From the NCBI GenBank assembly GCA_963841435.1, contig CAWJCS010000003.1, positions 256,001 through 320,000 on the forward strand: a stretch of 64,000 nt of DNA. The letters are read 5' to 3'. The position numbers and the translations under genes were made by a program. How positions within the stretch are numbered: position 1 is the first letter of the stretch; each line of letters opens with the position of its first letter. This document shows positions 50,139 through 59,884 of the stretch, piece after piece. The notes beneath the pieces are model-generated. The model did no database searches. It saw nothing but the letters and a program-made list of their open reading frames with translations, and was not told the origin of the DNA. This DNA comes from an uncultured delta proteobacterium. GTDB lineage: Bacteria > Myxococcota_A > Polyangia > Polyangiales > Polyangiaceae.

Positions 50139-51967
50139 GGCGTGGTTTCCTGGGCGAGGTATCGGAAATCGGGCGTCTGCGTCAGTGCCACGAGCAGCTC
50201 GCGGACCTGCCCGTTCGCGTTGCCAAAGCCGCTGGCGATCGTGGCGATGCGTGGATCGTCCGCGACGGATTCTCCCCGGCCGAAGGCGAAGCGGAACCAC
50301 TGCCTCACGAAGCACTCCGAGACCATGGCGCTCTGCCCGAGCTTCGCGGCCATTTCGACGACACCGTCGAACGCCCCCTCGACGTCGGTCTCGGTCAGAT
50401 TTCCCGAGGCGTCGATGGGCACGCCTTGCTCCGTGTCACGCCACTGTCCGATCGGATCGTAGTGCTCGAAGGCCAGCCCCACGGGGTCGAGTAGCGTGTG
50501 GCATCCGGCGCACACCGGGTTTGCCTCGTGCTCCGTGAACCGCTGTCGTGTCGTCGTGCCGGGAGTGATGGTCGGCGCCGTAACCATGAGGTCGGGGGGC
50601 GGGGGGTCGATGCCCTGGCACAAGATTCGCTCGCGCACGAATTTGCCGCGGGAGACCGGATCCGTTTGGATCTCCTTCGAGTGCGCGGCCAGAAACGAGG
50701 CTTGTGTCAGCAGACCGGCACGCCGCGCGGGCGGCAGATCGATGCGCGCGATGCCGTTTTGCACCTGTCCAGCGGTGCCGCCGTAGTACGCCGCCAGGGA
50801 CGGGTCGCCGTACGTGAAGGGGGCGGTCAACAGCGTCTTCAGATCTCCGGCCCCGTCGAACACGACGCTGGTCGCAAAGGTGCGCGTTTCGTCCGAGAAG
50901 AGCCCCGGGAGCGAGCTATTCCAGCTGGGGAACTGCGCGGTGTCGCGCTGCAGGCGCGGCAGGGCGCGCAAGTCCAGCCAGCCGGCGAAGAAATCCGCGA
51001 CCTGCGCGCGCGCCGCGGGTGTGGCGAGCAGGCGCCCGGCTTGAGCGGCGATCCCTTCTGCGGTGCTCAAGCCGTCGGCTTCGGCCGCGGCGAAAAGCTC
51101 GTTGTCCGGCATCGTACCGGTGAGGAAGTACGAGAGGCGCGAAGCCAGCTCCCACGAGGTGAGCGCCGCGTAAGGCGCTCCGGCGACCGGAACGCCGATC
51201 TCGGTGCGGTACAGGAAGTTCGGTGACACCAGCATGGCTTCGAGCAACAACTTGACGCCGGTCGTCGCGTCGAAGCCGTCACGTCCGGCGATGAACACAC
51301 TGAGGAGATCGGCCTGCTCCTCGGCCGTCACTGGGCGGCGCCAGGCGCGTTTGCCGAAGCGGCCGGTGAAATCGTTGATGCACGCCTCGCCGTCCGTGAG
51401 CTTGCACCCGAGCAGCGTGTCCGCATTCTGAGCCGCCTTTTCGGCGATCTGCTCGGCGGCAACCAAGTACTGCTCGGCCAACGCCGGGCCGACGTCCTGG
51501 ACGTCGCTGTTGTTGGTGAACCCATTGACGACCGTGTCCGAGGGGAACCCCGCAGCGTAATCGTTCGCGTCGCCCAGCAAGGTCTCGATGGTGGCGTCGT
51601 ACTCGACGTTGGACAGACGCCTGACCAGCGCCCGGCCGGGCAAACCATTGTCTATGACCGATTGACCCCCGGTGCCGGCCGTACTGCTCGCGCCGGCGCT
51701 GCCGGCGCCGGCACCGCCGGCACCGCTGATGCCAGCGCCGCTCCCACCGGCCCCGCTACTTCCCGTTGTCCCACCGGCACCGGGGGAGGTGCCACCTCCG
51801 GCCCCAGGCGAGCCAGCGTTGACACCGCCTCCGGTCGCCGACGACCCACCAGGTGGCTCGGTCCCGTCGATCTGGCCCGTGCAGGACGAGAGAATCAGAC
51901 CCAGGGGCGCGGCAAGGATGGTACTGCTCAGAAGCCGTAGCCAAGAGCGTTCGCGCTTGCTCGTCAT
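50135..51967 (-). CDS. DUF1587/1595/1592/1588/1585 lipoprotein
   Basis: LSSC lipobox, RRLSNVEYDATI, RAWRRP, SPNFLYR, ELASRLSYFL, RAGLLTQ, PVSRG, CAGCH, G.AFEHYD.IG. Confidence 0.9.
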   Translation of the reverse strand: MTSKRERSWLRLLSSTILAAPLGLILSSCTGQIDGTEPPGGSSATGGGVNAGSPGAGGGTSPGAGGTTGSSGAGGSGAGISGAGGAGAGSAGASSTAGTGGQSVIDNGLPGRALVRRLSNVEYDATIETLLGDANDYAAGFPSDTVVNGFTNNSDVQDVGPALAEQYLVAAEQIAEKAAQNADTLLGCKLTDGEACINDFTGRFGKRAWRRPVTAEEQADLLSVFIAGRDGFDATTGVKLLLEAMLVSPNFLYRTEIGVPVAGAPYAALTSWELASRLSYFLTGTMPDNELFAAAEADGLSTAEGIAAQAGRLLATPAARAQVADFFAGWLDLRALPRLQRDTAQFPSWNSSLPGLFSDETRTFATSVVFDGAGDLKTLLTAPFTYGDPSLAAYYGGTAGQVQNGIARIDLPPARRAGLLTQASFLAAHSKEIQTDPVSRGKFVRERILCQGIDPPPPDLMVTAPTITPGTTTRQRFTEHEANPVCAGCHTLLDPVGLAFEHYDPIGQWRDTEQGVPIDASGNLTETDVEGAFDGVVEMAAKLGQSAMVSECFVRQWFRFAFGRGESVADDPRIATIASGFGNANGQVRELLVALTQTPDFRYLAQETTP

Positions 51968-52114
51968 GGTTCTCTCGCTATTGCTTCGAGCGCGCTCCGA
52001 TTGTCACGGCATGCGCCCGGGCCGGCCCACGCAGCACGATCTGCGGCAATCACCGCGCTGTTCCACCCACGTCGAAGAAATACGGGCGGAGCGCTACTGC
52101 AGCAGGCAGCCCGA

Positions 52115-53155
52115 TCAGAGCGTGTGACGCGCGAGCAGCGGCCAGGCGATGCTCGGGTCGCCGGGCTCTTCGCGGCCGCCTTGCTTGGTGCAAAGCATGA
52201 CCTCGGCGCCACCGTCACAACCCGAGTAGAGCGAGCAGCCGTTCGCATCCGCGGGCGTTGCGGCGCCGATGCAGCCGTCGATCTCGGCCCACTTCTCGAA
52301 GGTCGCCTGCGCACCCAGGAAAGTGAGGGGCATGCCGGGAACCAGCGACGACGGACCACCGGCGTACGGGACGCGCGAGTCCGCCGTGCCCCGGAAGGAA
52401 ACGACCGTGATCGGCCGCACCGGCACGCAGTCGTCGACGTTCTCCGCCAACAGATCGAAGGCGGCCGGCGCCGCGGCGGCGTACAGATCGGCCGCGTGAC
52501 AGGCAACGTAGTTGGCCATGCCGCCCCCCGTAAGCACACCGACGGCGTACACGCGCTTCGGATCGACGCAGGCGAGCGTCTGGACGTGCGCGACGAGCGC
52601 CCGCGCAAAGGCCACGTCGTCCACGTTGGCCACGCAGCACGGCCCAACGTTCCAACCGGTGCCCGCCGGCCCCCGCAACCCGTCGGGAAACGCCATCACG
52701 ACGCCTTCGGGATCGAGCGCGGCCGGATACGGCGAGCTCGTGCGTTCGCTCGAGCCTGTCTCGCCGATGCCGTGGAAATCGACGACCAGCGGCACGGGGC
52801 GGAGCCCGTCGTAGGCGGCCGGGACGTGCAACACGTACTTTCGCATCACGGAGTCGACCAGCAGGGTCTGGCTCGAATCGCCCGGCGAAAGGGCAGGGGC
52901 CGCGCAGCCGGCAACCAACGCCGTTCCGCCGCTTCCACCCGCGCCGAAAGCGCCAGCGCCCCCACCCGCACTGCCGGCGACACCCCCTGCGCCGTTGCTG
53001 CTCACCCCGCCAGTGCCGCTGCCTGCACCCGAGCTCGCGTCGCCGGCGCCGCCCGAAAGTGCGGCATCGCGCGTGATCGGATAAAGGTTGACGCTCGAGC
53101 AGCCGAGCGCGCCGGCCAAGCCTGCGAGCACCGCGAGCCGCACGCACCGGGTCAT
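52115..53155 (-). CDS. LpqC/PHB-depolymerase-like lipoprotein lacking the nucleophile Ser
   Basis: ALGC lipobox, RKYVLHVP, PLVVDFHG, WNVGPCC, DDVAF, RVYAVGVLTGG, FRGTAD. Confidence 0.8.
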   Translation of the reverse strand: MTRCVRLAVLAGLAGALGCSSVNLYPITRDAALSGGAGDASSGAGSGTGGVSSNGAGGVAGSAGGGAGAFGAGGSGGTALVAGCAAPALSPGDSSQTLLVDSVMRKYVLHVPAAYDGLRPVPLVVDFHGIGETGSSERTSSPYPAALDPEGVVMAFPDGLRGPAGTGWNVGPCCVANVDDVAFARALVAHVQTLACVDPKRVYAVGVLTGGGMANYVACHAADLYAAAAPAAFDLLAENVDDCVPVRPITVVSFRGTADSRVPYAGGPSSLVPGMPLTFLGAQATFEKWAEIDGCIGAATPADANGCSLYSGCDGGAEVMLCTKQGGREEPGDPSIAWPLLARHTL

Positions 53156-54234
53156 AGCAACGCCCCGACGGTGAGATTCACGAGCACGTTGGGACGACCC
53201 GTGCTGCCGACCTCGGCGTCAACGGCGTGGATCGCGACGCGCGGCGCGGCAAGCTGCGCGTGCGCCGTGAGCGTCGCGTAATACCTGTCCGGCAGGCGCA
53301 GCCGGGCGCCGAGTCCCGCGTCGAGCAGGAAGGACCATTGTTCGACGATGTGCCCGCGCTCCGGAAGGTCCGCGCGGCCGTCGAGCGCGGTGCGAAGCGC
53401 GCCCGCCGAAAGGCCGAAAAAAGGCTTCGGCCCGGAGCCCGACAGCGGGCAATAGCAGAGCCCGAACAGTCCGTAGCTCTGAGCGACCTCGACCGTGCCG
53501 ACCGACGTGGCGAGCGTCGGACGGGTTCCGAGACCCGACAGGGTCGCTTCGACGACGAGCCACGACCGCGCGGCCCAGTCGAGCCTCAGGAGCGGCAAGA
53601 GCGCCGGACCGACGCCGTCGAGGCTCGTGAGCACGCCCGCACCGAGCTCGACTCCCACGCGTCCCGCGGCGTCGGACGAGCGTGCGCTCGAGCGGTCGCC
53701 CGGCGGTTGGACCGTGTCGCCGTTTCGTGGTGGGGGACCCGCAGCAGGGTCTTCTGGTGGGGGCTCGGCGCCGGGGCGCCGCCGCGCTCGCGCAGCCAGA
53801 TCGATCTCGAGAAAGTAGGATCTCAAGACCTCGATGGCGCGGATCGCCAGCGTCTCCGAGGGATTGGGTGCGCCCGGCTCGACGACCACGCGCGCCACCT
53901 GCGAGCGAGGGGGAGAGCGCTCGAAGATCCAGAGGTCGACCGCGCTCGGCGTGCTCTCGCCGACGATGTCGAGGATGGCGTCGATGCCGCGCGCGGCGGC
54001 CGTGCGCTCGAGCCAGGCACGCGCATCGAGGGCCGCCGCGTCACGGGGGGTCGGCCGACCGAGGAGCTGAACCTCGATCCCGAGCGCCGAGAGCTCGCCA
54101 CGCAGCCGAAATGACGCTTCAGAAAGCGCGGGCGACGAGCCGGCGGGCTCGAGGATGGCGATGCTCGCGGCGTCGGCGCTCGCCGCCCAGAGCCACGCGC
54201 AAAGGACCAAAAGAACGAGCCGCGAGCGAGCCAC
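53152..54234 (-). CDS. Hypothetical exported/outer-membrane protein of the ECF-FecR cassette
   Basis: Signal peptide, RLRGELSALG, LAIRAIEVLR, C-terminal alternating beta-strand pattern. Confidence 0.7.
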   Translation of the reverse strand: MARSRLVLLVLCAWLWAASADAASIAILEPAGSSPALSEASFRLRGELSALGIEVQLLGRPTPRDAAALDARAWLERTAAARGIDAILDIVGESTPSAVDLWIFERSPPRSQVARVVVEPGAPNPSETLAIRAIEVLRSYFLEIDLAARARRRPGAEPPPEDPAAGPPPRNGDTVQPPGDRSSARSSDAAGRVGVELGAGVLTSLDGVGPALLPLLRLDWAARSWLVVEATLSGLGTRPTLATSVGTVEVAQSYGLFGLCYCPLSGSGPKPFFGLSAGALRTALDGRADLPERGHIVEQWSFLLDAGLGARLRLPDRYYATLTAHAQLAAPRVAIHAVDAEVGSTGRPNVLVNLTVGALL

Positions 54235-54242
54235 CGCGCCGC

Positions 54243-55541
54243 CTAGGGAAGCCGCAGGAGGGCTCGCGCCGCGCCGGCGTAGCTCCCGTCCGGAAAGCGC
54301 CGCAGGTACTCCTCGGCGATGGGGCGCGCGATCGACGGCCCGCCGAGCTCGTTCGACAGCGTCATCTTGCGACCGAGCGCCTCGGCGGCGTAGGTGCCCG
54401 TCGGCGCGTGGGCAAGGTACTCGTCGTAGCGCGCGATGGCGACCGTTCGCGAAACGTCGCGCAGCTCCTCGACGCGACCCAAGAGGAAGATCGCGTCCAC
54501 CGAGCGCGGCGAGCCCGGGAAGCGGCGCAGCTCCGCGAGCAGCGCGGCGCGCGCCAAGTCGGTGCGCCGACGGTAGCGGGCTGCGTTGGCCAGCGAGAAC
54601 AGGTCGTCGCTCGACGCCGTTTCGAGCGTCGCTTGGACGCCGTCACGCTCAACGTCGGCGAGAATGTGGTCCCACTTGCCGCTCGCCAAAGCTTCCCGCC
54701 AGCGGCGCTCGGTGGTGGCCCCGGACGTGGCGCCCGCCGCCTCCGGCTTGTCGGAACGCTTCGGCTCGTCGGGCGGCACCGTCGCGCTCGAGCTCGAAGC
54801 ACTGGGGGCGGGGGCGAAAGGAGCAGTCGATCGGACGGCGAGCGGCGTGGGTGGCTCCTCGGTGATCACGGTCTGGGCCTTCGGCAGGCTCACGGTGAGC
54901 TTCTGACCGGGTCGCAGCGCGAAGCCATCGCCCACCACTGGACCGCTCACGACCACGCGCCCCCGGCGCAACGTGAGCTCGAGCTCTTCGCTGGCCGGAT
55001 CCCACTCGACCGTGAAATCCGTCCCCTTCACCCTCACCAGGAAGGGCCCGGCCTCCACCGCCCAGCGACGCTCCCGGCTCGGCGTGATGCGCAACGCCAC
55101 CGCGCCGTGCTCGAGCGCGAGGCTCGCTCCCTTTTCGGCTCCGACGCGCAATCGACCGCGAGCACCCGGCGTCAGCTCGAACCGACTCCCCTCGTCGAAG
55201 AACAGTTTGATGCCCGCGTGGCCGGACTCCGACAGGTACCCGCCCGAAAGCAGCCGGCCCCCTTCGACCCGGCTCACGCTAGCGGGACGCTCCGAAACGC
55301 TCGCGTCCGAGCGCAGCCTCGGAACGAAGACCGCCGCGACCAGGACGAGCGGCAGCGCGACCGCGACCAGCACGACCCACCGGCGCCGCTCGAATCGCGA
55401 CGCGCCGCTCCCGGCAATCCGCGCGCGAAACGCGAACAGCCCCCGGTCGAGCTCCGCCTGGCTCGGCTTCTTGACGGCACCGCGCAAGAGCCCGGTGAGC
55501 GCGCCGAGCGTGGGGGAATCCGTGGGCTCCGGAGGCATCAT
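54243..55541 (-). CDS. FecR-like anti-sigma factor with C-terminal TPR
   Basis: Single TM, FDEGS.FEL, LEHG, VEAGPFLVRVKGTDFTVEW, YLRRFPDGSYA. Confidence 0.85.
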   Translation of the reverse strand: MMPPEPTDSPTLGALTGLLRGAVKKPSQAELDRGLFAFRARIAGSGASRFERRRWVVLVAVALPLVLVAAVFVPRLRSDASVSERPASVSRVEGGRLLSGGYLSESGHAGIKLFFDEGSRFELTPGARGRLRVGAEKGASLALEHGAVALRITPSRERRWAVEAGPFLVRVKGTDFTVEWDPASEELELTLRRGRVVVSGPVVGDGFALRPGQKLTVSLPKAQTVITEEPPTPLAVRSTAPFAPAPSASSSSATVPPDEPKRSDKPEAAGATSGATTERRWREALASGKWDHILADVERDGVQATLETASSDDLFSLANAARYRRRTDLARAALLAELRRFPGSPRSVDAIFLLGRVEELRDVSRTVAIARYDEYLAHAPTGTYAAEALGRKMTLSNELGGPSIARPIAEEYLRRFPDGSYAGAARALLRLP

Positions 55542-56170
55542 CCTTGCCCCCGTGGCAGACGCTCCAGAAGCCCCGCGAGCTCGGGATCGGAATCGACCCA
55601 GCGCGACAGCCGGCTCGAGGCATGCGCCATCGACCGCTTAACCGTCGATACCGAAAGCTCCATCGCCGCGGCGATCTCGTCCACGGTCATCGCTTCCACG
55701 CGCCGCAGCACGAACACCAGCCGATCGCGCGTCGAGAGCCGATCGAGCAGCACGTACAGCTTTCGCAAGAGATCCCGCGACTCAACGTCGACCGTCGAGT
55801 GCCTGAGATCAACCAGTGCCTCGGGCCTCTGGAACGTGAGCCACGCTCTCACGCGCCGGTGGCGAAGCTGAGTTTTGAGCACGCGGATCGCGACCGAGTA
55901 AACGAAGCTGCGCAGCGCGCTCGGATCACGCACGGTGGGCGCCAGCCGATACACCCGATGAAAGACCTCTTGCGTCAGGTCCTCCGCCTCGGCCCTCGAC
56001 CCGAGCGCTCGCTCCGCCGTCGTCATGACCATCGGCGCGAAGCGGTACCAGACCTCGGTCGCCGCCCACGGCTCGCCCGTGCCCAGACCCAGGGCGAGCT
56101 CTGCATCGCTCTTGTCCCGTCGGGCGGGGCTTACCACCAGGGAAAGGGGGGCGCGCGCGGGGCTCGTCAT
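55538..56170 (-). CDS. ECF sigma-70 factor
   Basis: SDAELA, EAEDLTQEVF, LRSFVYSVA, FVLRRVEAMTVDEIA...STVKR. Stop overlaps the fecR ATG. Confidence 0.92.
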   Translation of the reverse strand: MTSPARAPLSLVVSPARRDKSDAELALGLGTGEPWAATEVWYRFAPMVMTTAERALGSRAEAEDLTQEVFHRVYRLAPTVRDPSALRSFVYSVAIRVLKTQLRHRRVRAWLTFQRPEALVDLRHSTVDVESRDLLRKLYVLLDRLSTRDRLVFVLRRVEAMTVDEIAAAMELSVSTVKRSMAHASSRLSRWVDSDPELAGLLERLPRGQG

Positions 56171-56388
56171 GGTGCGGTTGCGGTTTGGGACGCCGAGCAG
56201 TTGCGGGCGCGAGGGAAACTGGTCCACCCGGCGGCGTTTTCGTGGGCGACCCTCCACGCAAGCGCAATCGAGGTCGCGTGTCACTGGGCCGATCGGCCTA
56301 TGGGGCTCGGCGCCCTCACTGCCGTCCGCCACGGGCGCGTGAGCGGGACCGCGGGAAAGATGCGCCCAATTGAGGCGGGTCGTGGCGC

Positions 56389-57441
56389 GTGGCATGCTCC
56401 TTCGCGGTGGTGGAGGTAAGGACATGGCTCTCGCTCGTCGCTGTCGCGGGCGCGTTCGCCGTCGCCTGCGGTGGCAAGTCGACGGTCGAGCGAGCCGGCG
56501 CGGAGCCGGGCGTCGGCGGCACGACGCCCGGCAGCGGCGGCACCGCGCAACCCGGCAGCGGTGGCGCGAGCGGCACGACGCCCGGCAGCGGCGGCAGCGC
56601 GCAACCCGGCAGCGGCGGCGCGAGCGGCACGCCGCCTGGCAGCGGCGGCACCGCGCCGGTGGACACGGGCGGCACCGGTTTCGTCGGCGGCGACGGTGGC
56701 GCCGGCACGGGCGGCCGCAGCGGCGCGACGGCGGGTGGCGCGAGCGGCGCGACGGCGGGTGGCACGAGCGGCGACGGCGGAGCCGGCACGCCTGGCGGGT
56801 CAGGCGGCATCGGAGCGAGCGGCGGCGAAGCACCAGGGTCGTGCGACGAAGTCGTGCCGTGCGGAGGCGACTTGGACGGCGCCTGGACCGTCATCGGCTC
56901 GTGCCTCGACGTGCGAGGCCTTTTGGACGTTTCCGTGCTTGGGTTCGGCTGCAGCTCGGCGACGGTCACCGGATCGCTCGTGGTGAGCGGCACCTTCATC
57001 GTGGAAGCCGAGACCGAAACCGTTGCGGACTGGACGACGACGACGGGCACAGAAGACATCGAGCTCGCGCCCGAATGCCTCCTCATCTCGGGAACCACCA
57101 CCACTTGCGAACGGGTAAGTGGTCCGCTCCAGGCGCTCGGCTACGCCGCCGTCGTTTGCGACGACGCCGACGGCGGCGGGTGCACGTGCTTGGCCACCGT
57201 CGACCAGGAAGGCGGCATGGCGTACGTCTCGGTCAACCCGACCACGCGCCCGAGCTACATCGCCGGGGACGGCGTGCTGACGACCTCCGACGGATTTTAC
57301 TCCCAGGGCTACGAATACTGCGTCGCCCAAGACTTCATGCTGCTGTCTCCGAAGGACGAGGGCCTCGTGGGGACCGCGACCGGCGCGATCGCGATGGAGC
57401 CGTGCTCGCCGCCCGAGTGCGCCAGCGCCCCCCTACGGTAG
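56389..57441 (+). CDS. Gly-rich linker lipoprotein with Cys-containing domain of unknown function
   Basis: FAVAC lipobox, PGSGG repeats, PCGGDLDGAWTV...C, GGCTC, YEYCV. The start may be GTG 56407/56410. Confidence 0.7.
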   Translation: MACSFAVVEVRTWLSLVAVAGAFAVACGGKSTVERAGAEPGVGGTTPGSGGTAQPGSGGASGTTPGSGGSAQPGSGGASGTPPGSGGTAPVDTGGTGFVGGDGGAGTGGRSGATAGGASGATAGGTSGDGGAGTPGGSGGIGASGGEAPGSCDEVVPCGGDLDGAWTVIGSCLDVRGLLDVSVLGFGCSSATVTGSLVVSGTFIVEAETETVADWTTTTGTEDIELAPECLLISGTTTTCERVSGPLQALGYAAVVCDDADGGGCTCLATVDQEGGMAYVSVNPTTRPSYIAGDGVLTTSDGFYSQGYEYCVAQDFMLLSPKDEGLVGTATGAIAMEPCSPPECASAPLR

Positions 57442-58698
57442 GTTCATCGACTTCACTTCCCAGGCGCTGTCGCTGCAGTACGTGCAGCCCGCACCGACGA
57501 GCACGCCCTTGCCTGTTGCCGTCTCGTCGCCTTTCAGCCACCAGTTGAGCCATGCGAGGTCGATCTTGGTGAAATCCCCGCCACGGCTCGAGAACAGATC
57601 CCCGCCGTGCCCGAGCGCCTTACTAAAGAGCATGATCGGAATCCCGAGGGCGGCGATGTTGTCGTAGTCCCGCTCGCCGTTGTCGTAGGCAATGTCGCCG
57701 GAGCCCCCGAGCACGACCAGCACCGGCGTGTGCACCGTCTTGAAGAAGGCCTGGTTCGCGCTGAACATCCCGCTGCTATTGATCCCCCAGGTCGTGATGC
57801 GCGGATCGCCCGCGGTTCCCTCGGCCATCAATCCGCCGCACGAAAACCCATTGGCCGCGATCTTCGTCGTATCCAGGCTCTGGTAGTACGCGCTGCACGG
57901 CTTCGCGTTCTCCGCGATGACCCAGTCGATGTACGCGATCAGCGGCTTTCCCATCGAGACAACGTCGCTCGTCTGCGAGCGCGAGCTGCTCCCGTTCGGC
58001 GTCCCGTCCGCGACCACGAAGTACCCGTACGAGGCGATCTCCGCCATCGCCGCCTGGTTCGAGAGCCCGTTCTGCGAGCACCCGCCCTCTGCCCACACGA
58101 AGATCGGGTACTTCTCGCTGCCCCCCAAATCCGTCGGTCGAAAGATCGTGCCCTCCTTGATCCCGTCGTCCGAGTTCGTTTCGACCGTCACCTTGTGTGG
58201 CCCGCTGCCCGAAGCATTCGTTCCCGTTGCCTTCGACGCCGTGCACGGGCCCGGGTTGTCCCCACCGCTGCCCGCCGCACCCCCCGTCGCGCCGGCGCTT
58301 CCCGCCGCGCCACCCATCGCGCTCGAGCCACTGCTTCCCGCGGTTCCGCCCGCGCCTCCGCTGCCGGCCGCGCCACCGGACGCGCTCATACCGCCCGTGG
58401 CCGCTCCACTCGATCCCGCTTCTGCTCCGCCCGTTCCTCCGGCTCCTCCCACGGCCGATCCTCCGATCCCTGCGCTACCGCCCGTGCCGCTCGTCCCGCC
58501 GCTCGCGGCTTGTCCCGCCGTGCCGCCAGTCCCGCCCGTCAAAAGTGACCCCGCCGTTCCGCCAGTGCCGGTGCCACCCGTGCTCGGTGTGCCACCCGTG
58601 CCGACGTTGGTTGCTGCGTCATCGCCGGCGCTGCTGCAGCCCCAGAGGGCGATGCCCAATGCTCCCGCGATGAAGATGTTCCGCGACGGCTGCTCCAT
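57433..58698 (-). CDS. Alpha/beta hydrolase (cutinase/chlorophyllase-like) lipoprotein
   Basis: LWGC lipobox, TIFRPTDL, YPIFVW, IASYGY, GFSCGG, GG..DIA, GHGG, WLNWWLKGD. Confidence 0.85.
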   Translation of the reverse strand: MEQPSRNIFIAGALGIALWGCSSAGDDAATNVGTGGTPSTGGTGTGGTAGSLLTGGTGGTAGQAASGGTSGTGGSAGIGGSAVGGAGGTGGAEAGSSGAATGGMSASGGAAGSGGAGGTAGSSGSSAMGGAAGSAGATGGAAGSGGDNPGPCTASKATGTNASGSGPHKVTVETNSDDGIKEGTIFRPTDLGGSEKYPIFVWAEGGCSQNGLSNQAAMAEIASYGYFVVADGTPNGSSSRSQTSDVVSMGKPLIAYIDWVIAENAKPCSAYYQSLDTTKIAANGFSCGGLMAEGTAGDPRITTWGINSSGMFSANQAFFKTVHTPVLVVLGGSGDIAYDNGERDYDNIAALGIPIMLFSKALGHGGDLFSSRGGDFTKIDLAWLNWWLKGDETATGKGVLVGAGCTYCSDSAWEVKSMNLP

Positions 58699-58800
58699 GT
58701 GCTTTCCTGCTCCTCGGCGTCGGCGGAGCCCGAAGCTCCGCCTCCGCGCGGCAGTCGCGGCGGCTGCGGAAACTGGTTCAGGGAAGTGGAGGCGGGCGGC

Positions 58801-59826
58801 TCACTCCGGCCGGCAACCAACGCACCCATCGCCCGCCCGGTCGTTCCCGTCGTCGCAGACCTCGCCGGGATCCAGCACGGCGTCGCCGCAGCGGGGAACG
58901 GTGCAGTTGCCGCGGCAGGCCGTGGTGTGGTCGGAGGCAACGAGCTCGACCGGCAGCGTCAGGTCGAGTGACAGCTCGGCGCCGACCTCGAGATCCGAGC
59001 CTTGCCCGGAGAGGAAGATCCACTGGCTGATGCCCGCGCGGAGTGACGGCGTGATCGTCAGATGCCACGTACCGGGAAAGGACAATCCCTGGATCATGCC
59101 GCCGTCGGTGTTGCGAACGCAGTCCCACTCGGCGTGCGCCGTCGTCGGTGTCGTCCGCGCGAATTCGACATCGTCGTCCGAGAACAAGACGGCCGTGTCC
59201 GGCAGTCCCTCGATGTCGAAGACGATGTCCGACAACGGCTGGACGATGCCGGTCGAATCCTCGTCGATACCGTTGAGGAGGACGACGGTCACGGCCGATT
59301 CCGGGCTCCAACGATAAAGATAGAGGACGCTCGTCTCTGCCGCCTCGAAGCCCGTATGGCTGCTTCTCGAGCGATAGTCGAAATGAGCCGCGGCCGATGC
59401 GGGGCCGACGATGGGCTCGACCGCCACTCGCGTTGCTCCCTGCCGGAGCTCGAAGGCCGGCAGCGCCGGCTCGGAGCCTGGCTCGCAGGCTTCGCCCGGC
59501 CCGAGGACGCCGTCGCCACATTGGACGGGAGCCAGGCCGCCGGCACCCGCCATACCTGCCCCGCCGCTGCCGGCCACGGCCTCACCGCCGACGCCCGCCG
59601 CGCCAGCCCCACCGCCGCCGACGCCCGCCGCGCCAGCCCCACCGCCGCCGACAGCGGGCTCACCGCCACGGCCCGCCATCGGCTGCCCACCGCCGCCCGC
59701 CGCCGCTCCGCCACTGCCGCCCTCGCCTGCAAGCGCATCGGGCTCGAAAGACCCACCGTCGAGCTCCGACCGCCCACACGCGGGAGCGAGCGCCATCGAA
59801 ACGAGTAGAAGCGGTGCGAGCCTCAC
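58801..59826 (-). CDS. Lipoprotein with DUF4215 Cys-rich repeats
   Basis: APACGRS, Gly linker, CGDGVLGPGEACE, CGDAVLDPGEVCDDGN...DGC. Confidence 0.75.
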   Translation of the reverse strand: MRLAPLLLVSMALAPACGRSELDGGSFEPDALAGEGGSGGAAAGGGGQPMAGRGGEPAVGGGGAGAAGVGGGGAGAAGVGGEAVAGSGGAGMAGAGGLAPVQCGDGVLGPGEACEPGSEPALPAFELRQGATRVAVEPIVGPASAAAHFDYRSRSSHTGFEAAETSVLYLYRWSPESAVTVVLLNGIDEDSTGIVQPLSDIVFDIEGLPDTAVLFSDDDVEFARTTPTTAHAEWDCVRNTDGGMIQGLSFPGTWHLTITPSLRAGISQWIFLSGQGSDLEVGAELSLDLTLPVELVASDHTTACRGNCTVPRCGDAVLDPGEVCDDGNDRAGDGCVGCRPE

Positions 59827-59884
59827 AGGGTCTCTGCTCGTAGCACGACGACCTCGAAAGGTGCTTCGCGCGCCGGTCGTAACG

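Noticed and set aside
56383-56398. Sigma54-like GG-N10-GC motif (also near 8040)
   Set aside because: Imperfect match, expected by chance at this GC content; the 8040 instance has no downstream gene.
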